From the NCBI RefSeq assembly GCF_006345805.1, contig NC_043003.1:110918001-110982000 (forward strand): 64,000 nucleotides of DNA, in the 5' to 3' direction. The position numbers were made by a program, and so were the translations under genes. Shown here in pieces: positions 11,550-24,899 of this stretch. Each line of letters opens with the position of its first letter. Position 1 is the first letter of the stretch. Under the pieces are notes generated by a model. It had not been told where the DNA came from. It worked only from the letters and a program-made list of their open reading frames with translations, and did no database searches. The stretch is from Octopus sinensis. Lineage: Eukaryota.

Positions 11550-13549
11550 TTTTTGTGACACACCACCCACACCCACCCACCCACCTACCTCCCACACGCA
11601 CACACCCACCCACCTACCTCCCACACACACCCACCCACCTACCTCCCACACCCTGTTCACACACACACATACGTAGACCCATCTACGTACATACATTCAC
11701 ACACATTAATCACACCACACAGACATACTAGCACACACTAACATACAAACCAACATGCACATACACACACAATACATACATACGCACACACATACATACT
11801 TACACACACACACACAGACATACATACACACATACACCACACATACATATGCACATACATACACACACACTCACACACACACACCGCACGTACATACTTC
11901 ACACACACACATGCAAACATACATGTAGGCACATACATACATACATACCCACACATGCACACCCTTACACTGAATGCACATACACATACACCTTTTTGCA
12001 TCCAGGCAGCCCCCCTCTTTTCTGCTTTCCGGTTTTGGCTGATGGATCCTCGGTTCCCGCGTAGCGGGGCGTTCGAGGGCCTTTGCGCTCGCGCGCCTTG
12101 GCGCGCGCTGGGGGCTTGGTCGGCCCCTTGGGCTTGCGTTGTACTGCTTGTGCGTTGTGTGCGTGAGCGCGCTTCGTGTGTGTGGGCTTGCTTCGGATGT
12201 GCGCGTGCGTATGTATGCATACATACCCACAAACTCGCATGCATCCCTACCCACATACATACACATACGCACACCTACTCACACACACATACACACACAT
12301 AATGCACACACACACACATACATACATACACATACATACCTACTTCAGACATACACACACAGACATACACCCATACACTCACACTCACACGCATACACAC
12401 ACACACATACACACGCACACGTACACATACACACACACACACACCTACATACATACATTACACTTGTATACACACACACTTACATTCATACACACACACA
12501 CCTACACAGCCATACCCTCACTCAGACACACACACACAAACACACACGGACACACACCCATACATACATACATCTACACACACACGCCTACACACATACA
12601 TACACACATACATAAACACACACACATACACATATACACACATACGCACACACACATATACTTATACACATGCACACACACACACATACATACATACACC
12701 CATATACATACACACACACATACCCACATACTCCTATACGCACATACATACACACAGACATACACACATACACACTCACACAAACATACACACACCATAC
12801 TTACACCACACTCACACCTGCACGCGCACACACATGCATGACAAACACCCATACACTCACACTCACATACGCACACACCAACATAAACACGCACACGCAC
12901 ACACACACCTACACTCCCACCACACAACACACGCACCTACATACACACACGCACGCATACACACATACATTACACACGTACACACACACCTACATACACA
13001 TGCATACACACACACACACAAACATGCACGGACACACCCAGACATACACACATACACCTATATACACACGCCCACACACCTACATACACACACATATACA
13101 CACGCCCACACACCTACATACACACACATACATACACACACATACACGGACACACCCATACATACTTACATACATACACCTATACACACGCCCTACACAC
13201 CTACATACATACACACATGCATACACACAACACATGTACGCACATACACACACATATACGCACATATATATATACCCACACACATGCATACACACACACA
13301 CATACGCACATGCATGCATGCATGCACACGCGCACACCTACACGCATACACACACACACACGCACGTACAACATACATACACACACACACAACATACATA
13401 CACCCATACACATACATGCATCCTACACACACATACATACACACTCACACATACATACACACACACACACTCACTCACACACCTGTATGTACGCGCACAC
13501 ACATGCACATACACACACTTCCCCACACCCCACACGTACATACATACAC
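11550..13549 (+). repeat. ~2-kb (CA/TA/CG)-type low-complexity 3' region of the PLE
   Basis: Almost entirely degenerate CA/CATA repeats between the ORF end and the 3' pLTR. The long HT-rich ORFs in the track are microsatellite translations. Confidence 0.85.
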
Positions 13550-14574
13550 ACTCACACACATACACACACACACACACACACGGACATACATCTATGCACA
13601 CACATACATACACACATACTCACATACATTCATCGGACACACTGCCACCCAGACATACACACAGACACACTCACACATCCACACACATACATACTTACGC
13701 GCATACTCGCAGGCGCGCGCACACACGCGCTTGCGCCGGTTCGCGCACGCATACGCGCCGCATGCACCTCGCTCTTGGACCCGACGAGACCTCCCGCCCG
13801 TTCCTGGGACCGTCGCGTGTCGTTGGGTTTTCCCACGCCCGTCTCCGCGGGACCACTCTTCCATCTTCCCCTCAGCTGGAGTCCTTTTTCCTTAACCCCC
13901 CCCCCTTTTTCGTTACACACACGCGCACACATATACACACATTGCTTAAATATATACATTACTCTTACACACATTCAATCTACTCGCCATTAATACCACC
14001 ACGACACTGGACACACACACACACTACTACTCAACACACGCTGGCACGCTACATACGCCCCCACCCCCTTCCCCTCCCCCCCTTCCTCCTTCCTTCTTTT
14101 TCTTACTACTGACCTTGTCTGCTAGCTGACCACTAGTCTCGCCCTACCTCACCCTCCACCCCACCAGACGCACACACTAACACACACATATATTTTTTTG
14201 TTTTTTCATCTCGCCTCACACACACATACACACACGCACACGCACACACTCACACATACACACACATCTGTTGCGTTACCAACCTTATCTCCACTCTTTT
14301 TGCCTTTAAAAACCCACTTTGCTCTTGTTATCGTCAACATCCGCCTTTCACCATGTGCAACTCGTAAACACCAGTCGTCTTTTTTCTCTTTCCCCCTGTT
14401 GCCCGCTCTGGGATCTTTCTTTCCTCTCTCTTCCTTCTTTATGTTTCCGACGAAGAGCTCCGCTCGAAACGTCATACCTCCCTGCTTCCATTTCCTGAGC
14501 GCCTATTAATAATAATACTGTAATTGTTCCTGTTGTTGTTGTTTTTTTTGTTTCCCGTTTGGATTAAAATTATA
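13550..14574 (+). repeat. 3' pLTR of the Neptune-type PLE
   Basis: Direct repeat of 7335-8342. It ends in ATTATA that runs directly into (TA)n. Confidence 0.95.
14443..14477 (+). ncRNA. Hammerhead-like motif with CCGACGA(A) core, 3' pLTR
   Basis: Identical to 8211-8245. Confidence 0.65.
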
Positions 14575-15814
14575 TATATATATATATATTATATATATCT
14601 ATATATTGTGTGTTGTGTTTGTGTGTGTGTGGTGTGTGTGTGTGTGTGTGTGTGTGTAAAGTACTGGGGTCTCATGGTAAATGCAATCCCAACTGAGTAA
14701 AAATACGCAAAATATTACTTCAAGTGAAAAAATCAAACGCATACCGATACTAGCTAGTAGCTGAAGCTACTAAATGATTGTCAAAATTTTACTTCACTGA
14801 TATATTATAGATACATACACACAGAAATATTACACACACACAACACACACATATAAACACACACAGGCACGTATATATGCATGTGTTTGTGTACATATAT
14901 ATGTATTTGTACATACATAATGAAAGTATAATACTTTATGTTTGGTTTAGTGCAAGAGTATTTTATAAAACTATGTCCTTGTTCCAAAAGCGTATAATTC
15001 CATTATTTGAAATAGTTTCAAATCAGCTGCATATAGAAAATTTATTGCCATCCAGTATCAATGCTTTACGGTTGGGAAAAGTATTTGGGGACACTTAATC
15101 ATCGGTATATTACTCGCTTAAACCGGTTAACTGAGTTTTATTTCTGATAGATTCCCTATGGCAATAAAATCCTAGCAAGAAATTAAAAGGCATGCGATCA
15201 TTGTTTCCCATATGCAAGGAATACAGCGATATAAAAATTGCGAACATTCTAAACATTACATGATCTTATGAACACAGAATTTCCGATGGAATAATCAATG
15301 AGAGACTATACCAAGAACTCCGGGTGTCGGACTAGACTTTCAGAACAGTAATACACGGGGAATATAGATATAAGTATGTAATAAGAGGTGATTAAGACAT
15401 GTCCGAAAATGCACAGGAAAACTTACTTTTTAATGATTAGAATTTATACATTAACATTAAGAGGACTTTCGGCCGAATTTGAGCTTTACGCAGTCGAAAC
15501 TTTTTTATATATTTCGACCGTGACAAGGAATCATAGTCGTATTTATCTTGTCGATGTATTAATATATTTTTTCTATGATTTCATTATTGCCCTGCATCTG
15601 AAATTAAATAATGCGTATGTGTAAGATATATCTTAACACCAAAATGCTATTCTTTTAACTTATTTGGATTCATATATCGATATATCTTATGATATATGGT
15701 TTCTCCTGGCTATGTAGCTTGATTCTGTAATTTATGATTTCTATCTATTCTGCATATATGCATATGTACCAGACGAACTCAAAGACTTCTTTCATAATTC
15801 CTTGATTAATAATT

Positions 15815-16030
15815 CATATTACTCAGAAAAGGTGTTTGATCTTCAAAATATATTCCAACATATTCTATGGTCTGTTGCCATTGTTGTGCCAGAAGCTTCA
15901 TTCAACGCTTATACCATTTGGCTTGTTTGGAGGCAAAATATCCTTGTGCCGTCCTCAATCTCATCGATATCATTGAACATCTACACATGCAGGTCTTCGA
16001 TAGACTAATATCGGTGAGAGAGCGTTCAAA
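15815..16030 (-). pseudogene. Mariner transposase C-terminal remnant
   Basis: Minus-strand frames give FNDIDEIE and YFASKQAKWYKR*MKLLAQQWQQTIEYVGIYFED, resembling the mariner C-terminus FFASK...YERGIMKL.ERWQ.V.E..G.Y. Confidence 0.5.
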
Positions 16031-17519
16031 GCAAAACAGATTCGCCGCAGTTTAATAATAATTAGTAAATTTTCAAGGCAAATGAAACATTAATCTTGGA
16101 ATTATTACTGAAAGCATAAATTTACTTCCTCTAAATATTTAAATAACAATTTAGCCTAAGCAATATAAGATATATCTATGACGGTTTTCAATTCGCATAC
16201 GTTGGATGTCTGCTTTATGCCAGAAACATCTGCACTAGTTAAGATTACGAATTCTGATTTCCGTAAGGCAATCTCATGATTGTATGGAAATGCGCAAGAA
16301 TAAAAATTCGTCACAATTGCGAATGATTATATTCACAAGTATGATATCGCCATCACTACTGATATCGAAATAAACTACAAATTAAAAGGTATGCAGAATA
16401 CTTGACACTATTCAGTTTAGTCCCGGCTATCAAATAAGGAAATGCTTTAAAATGCAGACCAAGTCTATTTTTCCCATTAGTTGATATCATTTACCATAAC
16501 AAGGTTTCCAATTTTCCCAGATGCTACTTGCTATAAATATATGAGTTCATACTTTTGTTGGAATTCAATTGATGCTGCACCTGCTGCTTCATTGCGATGA
16601 AGTCCTTGTATATCAAATATATCTTAAAACCGATAATTTAGGTTGGACAAACAGAAAAAATATTTGAAATACTTTACGTAGCAGTTATTATCGGAATAGC
16701 GTCATAATTAAAGTATTCACAGCTGAATGGTTTCCTGAAGAACTATTATCGGTTTCGTTGTTGCTCAAACGTCATCAGATTTATCATCAACATGACGGTC
16801 GTCGTCGCTGTCACTGTCCCCATCGCTGTTGTTGACATTGATGGTTTTTCTCTCGCTATTCTTTTCTTCGAATTCAAGTCTTATAGAAAAAAATTCATAT
16901 AACAGGAAGTTTCTCAGTAATACATACAATTTCCTCTTCGGAATTATACTAAACAGAAAAATATTACCCCATTTGCACACAGAAACACACACGTGCGCGC
17001 GCACGCACTCATACACACACAAACACACGATTTATTCGCGCATTAAGTGTATCCTTGGTTTCATGTTAAGACAGCAACAATTTGATTATATAACAATTTT
17101 TCAAGCCGATCACATGGATATAATAGTGCGCGCATCCTTTTTGGACTAAAACACGCAGAATCACGGATATTCACGATAAAGACTTGCGAGAAAATTTGGC
17201 AAACAAAACCAAGAAATCAAGTGGTGCGAATCTTGGGTAACAACATTTTGGTGATTATTTTCATTGGGTTCGACATTTGTCAACAGACGGTGCTAAATGA
17301 AAATTTGCTTTATATGTGATATCCTGCGTATGTGTAATGTTAGTACGTTTTTGTATCGATAGAGCTCATCATGAGGACATGTGTCTCCTATGTGTGGATC
17401 GTCAAAATGGGTGGTGGTTCCTCTTTCAAATGTTAAATGTTAAATATTGGTTGTGCATGCAGTGAGGGAAGGTTTCATTCCTAATATTTAAATTGGTATA
17501 TTTTGATTGAATGATTTTC

Positions 17520-17790
17520 AGTGATAAATTGCTCATATTTGGTATTCTTCGGCTTTAGCATTAATGCTCCACGTTATCTAAGGGCAGCTTACGTTTGCTT
17601 CTTTCAATGTCCATGTCATATTCTTTCCTTGAATGAGTTTCCCGCCATTGTGATATATGTCTTTGTTAATCCGTTGTGGTCCATTAATTTGGCCTTGTAT
17701 ACAAGTTCATTTCCCAGACTGCTATTATTTAGAAGACAACAGTGCGTAAAATTTATCCATCAATGCGTTGTTGATCAATCATTCTCATTG
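17520..17790 (-). pseudogene. Degenerate GIY-YIG endonuclease fragment of a Penelope-like element
   Basis: Minus strand reads HCCLLNNSSLGNELVYKAKLMDHNGLTKTYITMAGNSFKER, resembling the PLE pattern CPL.G.CL...VVYKA.V.....K.YIG.T...FKER. Stops are present. Confidence 0.45.
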
Positions 17791-17807
17791 TTCGACATTT
17801 ACCCATA

Positions 17808-18646
<839 letters not shown>

Positions 18647-19056
18647 AAAAAATGAAGTTCGAAAATGCTGCTATATTATACAATTTTTAATTTTTACATA
18701 TACATTATAACATCTTTCAGGTCCTGAAATGAACCTTAAAGAAGTGATATATAAAAAAAGATAGTTCATGCTATCAATCACAAGAAATTCATTTATAATA
18801 CACAACGGTGTCAGACATCATAAAGTTCATAAATATATAGTTTGAAGTGAGTTCGTTCTTGCTATATGTTTAAAGTGCATGATGCAGCGGTTCACGGTGG
18901 CGACATGCATCCAATACAAAAAACAGATCAAAGCGGCGATATGTTTTCAATACAAAAAAAAACTGATGTTCCTGAAAGAGAGAGGAATTCATTTTTACCT
19001 TGAGCAACTGTGGTGTTCGCTGGATGATTCTCATATATATATATGAATTAAGAGTA

Positions 19057-19777
19057 TTGTACTATCCTATAGAATTTTTTCTTTCTTGCCCTCATCTCCT
19101 ACTATTCTAAGATTAATACAGAGACTTTTAACTTCACTTAAACGTTTGTACATAAAATAGTGGGAAAGTTTCCGTCGTTCGAAACTTCAAACTGCTCATC
19201 GACAAAAACGTTTGCTGCAGCTGAAAGTTTTAGATAATATTAATAGAAATAATACTAGAATAGAATACTAGAATAGAATAATACAGAAGCTGAAACAGGT
19301 GTAATTATAACAATCACAACTGCTATTGCAACTATTATCACAACTGCTCTCATGCAGTTGTGATGATTATAATTATAAGCATAATTATGCACACTGTATT
19401 CTTCGAAAAATAGTGCCGAAAGAGAAATAATGAGGAAGAGAAAGAAAGAATATACGAAAGATAAGATAGCAAAAGTTAAGTACCTGGATGATTGTTCTAT
19501 GCTAACAAATCCAAACATACTAACAAGAGAAAGATCCAGAGCAATATATATCGTGACAAAGGTTATAACATCCTATTGCAAATAGCGAAGTTAGCGGTCT
19601 TTGTGCATCTCTGAATGGGTGAACTTATCCGCATCTTCTAAACCTACCGCCATTACTATTTCAATATATTTTCGGTACTAAAGATTCGAACCTGTAGCGT
19701 TAAAATAACCTCTTTCTTCCACTCTTGTACTATCCTATAGCATTTTTTCTTTCTTGCCCTCTTCTCCTACTATTCTA
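19057..19777. repeat. 53-bp direct repeat pair (19057-19109 and 19725-19777)
   Basis: TTGTACTATCCTATAG(A/C)ATTTTTTCTTTCTTGCCCTC(A/T)TCTCCTACTATTCTA, 2 mismatches, 668 bp apart. Confidence 0.85.
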
Positions 19778-20394
19778 TTCTTCTTTCTATCCCTTTAGTT
19801 GCTTCATTTCTTCTACCTCCTCCCCTCTGTCCATCTTTTGACTTTTACTTCTAATATTGGTATATTTTTTTAAATTTTTCTATTATTTGTGCCATTGTAT
19901 ATTACTTGTTTATTTGATTTCTCATATATAGCATTTAATATAATCTCTTCTGGTAATTTCAACTTTTAAATATCTAATTTTGCAATCCTATTATCCCATT
20001 TAATGATTTGCAATTCTTCTTTCTGGATATATTGTGTTCATTTTTAATCGCTTTTTCACATGGTTTTTCTTTTTCGATTTAATCATTAATTATTGTTCAT
20101 TTCACCATTTAAGTTTTACCCACTCTGGCAGCCAACCCACGATGTTACTATTTAGAAATTAGCCATCCAATCAAATTCAATTGCATATTAGTTGAACCGC
20201 ATTAATTACATTGTATTATATTATATTCTGTTACATTATATTATGTTTTTATTTTGTTATATTATATGTACCCACACAACTTTTCATTCAGTATCATCGC
20301 AAGTGTCCGACGAACAGTCACATAAAATTCTAAGTAACAGCTTGTGAAGATATTTTCCGCTTCAATGAATATATATATAATATATATATATATA

Positions 20395-20442
<48 letters not shown>

Positions 20443-21825
20443 TAAATATATACACATATATATCAATATATATATAAACACACACATACGCATATATATG
20501 TATATATATCAAATCAAACACAATCAAGAAACCAAGCAAAAAAAAAACGTACCAGGAACATTCACAGTTAAAACATTAGGCTGGCGCTGGAGAAATGATT
20601 GTCGTGAAATAGCTTGACGGACAAACAGAGAGAGACAGACAGTTAGATAGATAGATAAATAGATGAAGAGAGGGAGAGAGAAGAATGTGAGAGCGAGACA
20701 ATGCTTATCTTTATTACAGAGACAGGTAAACAACCTGCCGGTTTGTGGTATGTCTGCTTGGTATCCATGTCTGTCCTACCATATGAGACAAAGTAGCGAT
20801 TTATTTAAGCAAAGTGACCTTGTTCTAGTTTCAAATGGTATAGTTCAATTCGAGGAAGATTTGACTGTTATCGCTGCCAAATCAAGCGATACCATTCATC
20901 GCCGCTCGCAGCTCGTAGCAGCGGAAGTACTAATTAAAGAATGTCGTTTTGAGTATGTGTAGTAACCACCGTGTATCCGCCTCTGGATAACTAGGTGTAA
21001 TTCAAGTGTTCACTACTACGTCGTTTGATAATGATTTTGACATTAAAAATAGATACTCCACTGATTGATTTTGTAGTTGTATTCTATACTAGAGATTAGG
21101 TCATGGGACATAAAAGATTATCAAGTGCTACTTTAGTGATAAATTTCACTGAAGCTTTAGTAAAACTATGCATGATAGTCTATATACTTAAGTATTTCTT
21201 AATCCACCCACTATTATAGTGTTAAAAAGAACGATAACACTATTAACACTGTTTAGTTTTCCTTTATACAATTCCCCACTTCTCGAGAAAAGATTTAAAA
21301 CTTCTTTATTTTTAGTATTTATTGTTAACTTAAGAAAGAAAAGTAAACAGCTAAATTAGAAAGACTCCATTATATTTTACATTAGACACTGTTGATTAGG
21401 TTGGCCGTTGTTGTTAATGCTTACGATTTAAATAAACATAGCATTTTGCAAATATTTCAGTAAACACGAATGAAAAAGCTTAACATTTTATTTTATTATA
21501 AATTAATCTAAAATAAGTGGATGATGACAAATATCGATTATTTCTCAGTGAAGAACAGTCGCTCTCTCAGCAGATATTACGTTTCAGTAATATTAAATAA
21601 TCATTTTAGAAATTGTAATCTCATATAAAATATTAGTAATTTAGATTTGCTTCGAGTTATATATTTAATTATGCCAGGGTAAGCAATTATTAAAGGAAAT
21701 TTTATCAAATTTGAAATGTAATACATTGTGTTTCCAAAATATCTTCTGTTACAAATTTGACTGAACACAAGTTCAATGTTACTGCTGAGATTAAAATACA
21801 ATGAGAAATTGTTATTGAACATAAC

Positions 21826-21871
<46 letters not shown>

Positions 21872-21919
21872 TAAATGAAAGAATGGAGTCGAAACGGAGA
21901 TGTTAACAAAATTCCTTTA

Positions 21920-22095
21920 CTCTCGACAAATGTTTCGAAAACAGCATATTTTTATTCCGAAGGAATAAAGGGTGCATATGCAATCTTCTCATCAGGATTG
22001 TTGTTGAGAGAGGCTCCTTTTCTTTCCTGATGAGAAGATTGCATAATGCACCCTTTATTCCTTCGGAATAAAAATATGCTGACTTCGAAACATAG
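21920..22095. ncRNA. Head-to-head inverted pair of hammerhead motifs (minus ~21920-21996, plus ~22021-22095)
   Basis: Both copies have CUGAUGA-GAAG-AUUGCAU...UUUAUUCC-UUC-GGAAUAAA...AUGCUG..UUC-GAAAC. The minus copy keeps GAAAC-AUUU-GUC-GAGAG. The plus copy keeps the 5' CUUUC strand and the GAAG/CUUC stem II. Confidence 0.7.
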
Positions 22096-22114
22096 GATAA
22101 TTCATTCACCTACT

Positions 22115-22148
<34 letters not shown>

Positions 22149-22336
22149 AATATAGTGTATATATATATATATATTATATATATATATATATATTATATAT
22201 ATATATATATACATATATACACACGTATATATACGTAAATATACTAATATATATATATATTATATATATATATATATATATCTATATAAACTTATATAAT
22301 ATTGACATATATACATGCATATTATATTTATATATA

Positions 22337-22384
<48 letters not shown>

Positions 22385-23274
22385 GTGTGAGCTCGCGTGT
22401 AAATGTGGACACAACCTTCCCCTGGGGTTACACATGTGAACGATTTTGATGTCATTAATATAACAAGCAACATAGATTAACAGTAACACATAAATCCCTG
22501 AGTAATAAATACCTGTAGGCGATGAGTTGTTTCGATAAGCTCCGACATGTGAAGAACATTCCATTAGCCAGAATCAGAGAAAGGTTATACCGCTTTATCA
22601 ATAAACTGATACATGCGTGTGTATGAGTGTGCGTGTGTGTATATGTTCATAACTGTCTATCTATCTTTCTGTGTGTGTGTTTGTGTGTATGTGTGTGTGC
22701 ACTTGCATATATCTACACAAGCATATATATATGTGTGTGTATGTGTGTGTGTATGTGCGTGCGTTTCCAGTTCATTTATCCCATTTTATATCTCACCATA
22801 CCGCTACGTATGCTGTACGAGTACACATGTACTCACATTCTGTAATAAGTTATGACACGCCTGTCTTCTAGTGATATTGAGATAAGGTGTCTACGCACGC
22901 ATTACACGTACATACATAGTGTCACCATGAACGGATAGGTCTATAAGCATTATGCGGCAGATGAATGTCTTAAAAACCTACGATTGAAAATCATCAAGAT
23001 CTCTCACGGAATATTTTGAAATTTGGAACAGAACCCATACCACAAATCGGAAATGGCATTCGGCCTTCACTAGAAAATTATGAGAGTAAAGAGGATTTCT
23101 ATGAACTTACTTTAAGCTTTAACCAGGAGACAGATATTTGCAAATATCTACTTTTAACTTAGAGACGAACGTTTACGATCGGTGCATGACTTTTAGTTTC
23201 GGATTTGTTGAAATTCTCTAAATGAAAAATGAGTCACAAATTTCCATAATAAACACAAACACAAACAACAACGT

Positions 23275-23446
23275 GTGAGTGTACATACATACATACATAC
23301 ACACATACATACATACATACATACATACACACATACATACATACATACACACATACATACATACATACATACATACAATACATACATACATACATACATA
23401 CATACATACATACATACATACACACATACATACATACATACATACA

Positions 23447-23477
<31 letters not shown>

Positions 23478-23478
23478 T
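23275..23478. repeat. (CATA)n microsatellite
   Basis: Directly visible. Confidence 0.95.
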
Positions 23479-24118
23479 ACATATATGTCATTATATAAAT
23501 GTTTTGAAAGAATGACATCTGAAGTTACTGAGCGAGAGGAAATTTTGTGTAAAAAAAGATAGATGTATATATTTAAGTCTTTTGAGGCATTTAATTTTGA
23601 GGATAGTTAAATTATTTTGTTAGGAACCATATAACGTTGCTTGAATCTGTAGGTTAATTTTTCTCCTCTCATTAAAATAATTTGAACTTGTATTTATACG
23701 AATTTTGCGAAGCACTTGATCTGTTTTTCATAAGAATAAAGCGTCAGATAGTAAGATAAAGTTTTCGAAAGTGATATCCAACATCGGAAACTTTAAATAT
23801 GTTTTCAAAACTTAAAATATATAAATAATTGGTCTTTATAAAAAGGTGAAAATTATTCTTCAGAAAATTGAAAACCAATTATCGAGCCTCATTTTGTCAA
23901 CCATTCAACTAGTCTGACCTCAACCGATTTCATCGAAAAAGAGAATTAGAAAGTGAATGGGATTGAAATAGAGATGGGAAATGATGAAAAAGAAGTACGA
24001 AGTTGACGTGCGATGGAGTTGGAAGTCGGAGTGCAAAGAGTCGTATGAAATCCACAGTGCAATCCCATCCGAACATTATACTCATATCGTACTAATTTAT
24101 TAGCCCTACTGTCGTTTA

Positions 24119-24299
24119 ATATCTGTTTCAAAATACATTAACTTCGATTTCGAATCGTTATATATTTTAATGAAACACGTATGGATATTTTATGACGTTA
24201 CATTTGCGAATATTATGAGAATAAACTGAAATAGGTTTAATCTATGTGTATATATATATATATATATATAATATATATATATATATACACAGACACACA

Positions 24300-24364
<65 letters not shown>

Positions 24365-24575
24365 TACTTTTACTCTTTTACTTGTTTCAGTCATTTGACT
24401 GCGGCTATGCTGGAGCAGCGCCTTTAGTCCGGGGTCGATTTGCTCGACTAAAGGCGGTGCTCCAGCATGGCCGCAGTCAAATGACTGAAACAAGTAAAAA
24501 AAAGAGTAAAAGAGTAATATATATTATATATGTGTTGTGGGTGTGTGTATCTGTGTGTGTGTATATGTATATATT

Positions 24576-24623
<48 letters not shown>

Positions 24624-24753
24624 CATAGATTAAACCTATTTCAGTTTATTCTCATAATATTCGCAAATGTAATGTCATAAAAATATCCATACGTGTTTCA
24701 TTAAAAGTACATAACGATTCGAAATCGAAGTTAATGTATTTTGAAATAGATAT
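24119..24753. repeat. ~635-bp foldback (inverted duplication) of unique flank, microsatellites and a SINE tail
   Basis: 24119-24248 is nearly the reverse complement of 24622-24753. The inner parts are mirrored microsatellites and SINE tails (24363-24430 vs 24447-24515). The centre is near 24430-24446. Confidence 0.9.
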
Positions 24754-24899
24754 CATAGCCGCTTATACATTAGTAAATATAATATATTGTTAATATATTT
24801 CATATAAACCATACTTTTTATACTAGAGAGGCCTTCATTTTAAAAATCGTTGAAAGTACCAACTAGAGGTCTCGTTACCTTCGTGCGCTGACGTAATCG

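Larger units (their letters stand above)
7335..14574 (+). mobile_element. Apparently full-length Penelope-like retroelement, Neptune-type (RT with C-terminal GIY-YIG)
   Basis: ~1-kb direct terminal repeats, each with an HHR motif. The internal ORF has the PLE N-terminal motif HLSFLSRCL..VTPRGF, RT motifs KPADKGGAVVV, DVKSLYT, GVAMGTRMGP and RYIDD, and a CxxxRCxxC linker plus LIY..C..C...YVGQT endonuclease. Both flanks are (TA)n. Confidence 0.93.

Noticed and set aside
12139-14112. Long ORFs of 158-480 aa rich in H/T/Y, and the many YI/CV/MYV ORFs elsewhere
   Set aside because: They are translations of (CA)n, (TA)n and (CATA)n repeats, which lack stops in several frames. No protein signal.
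16745-16782. Minus-strand CUGAUGA…GAAAC motif
   Set aside because: Stem III has a C-A mismatch and stem I is only 2 bp. At best a very decayed HHR, not distinguishable from chance.
20540-21000. CpG-containing segment as promoter or first exon of the candidate + strand gene
   Set aside because: Possible donors exist (CAG|GTAAAC, TGA|GTATGT), but there is no independent support.
24119-24190. Hammerhead-like layout in the foldback arms (ATATC…hairpin…GAAACACGTA…GATAT)
   Set aside because: The CUGANGA core is absent (TGTTTCA / TATTTCA) and stem I is out of register.
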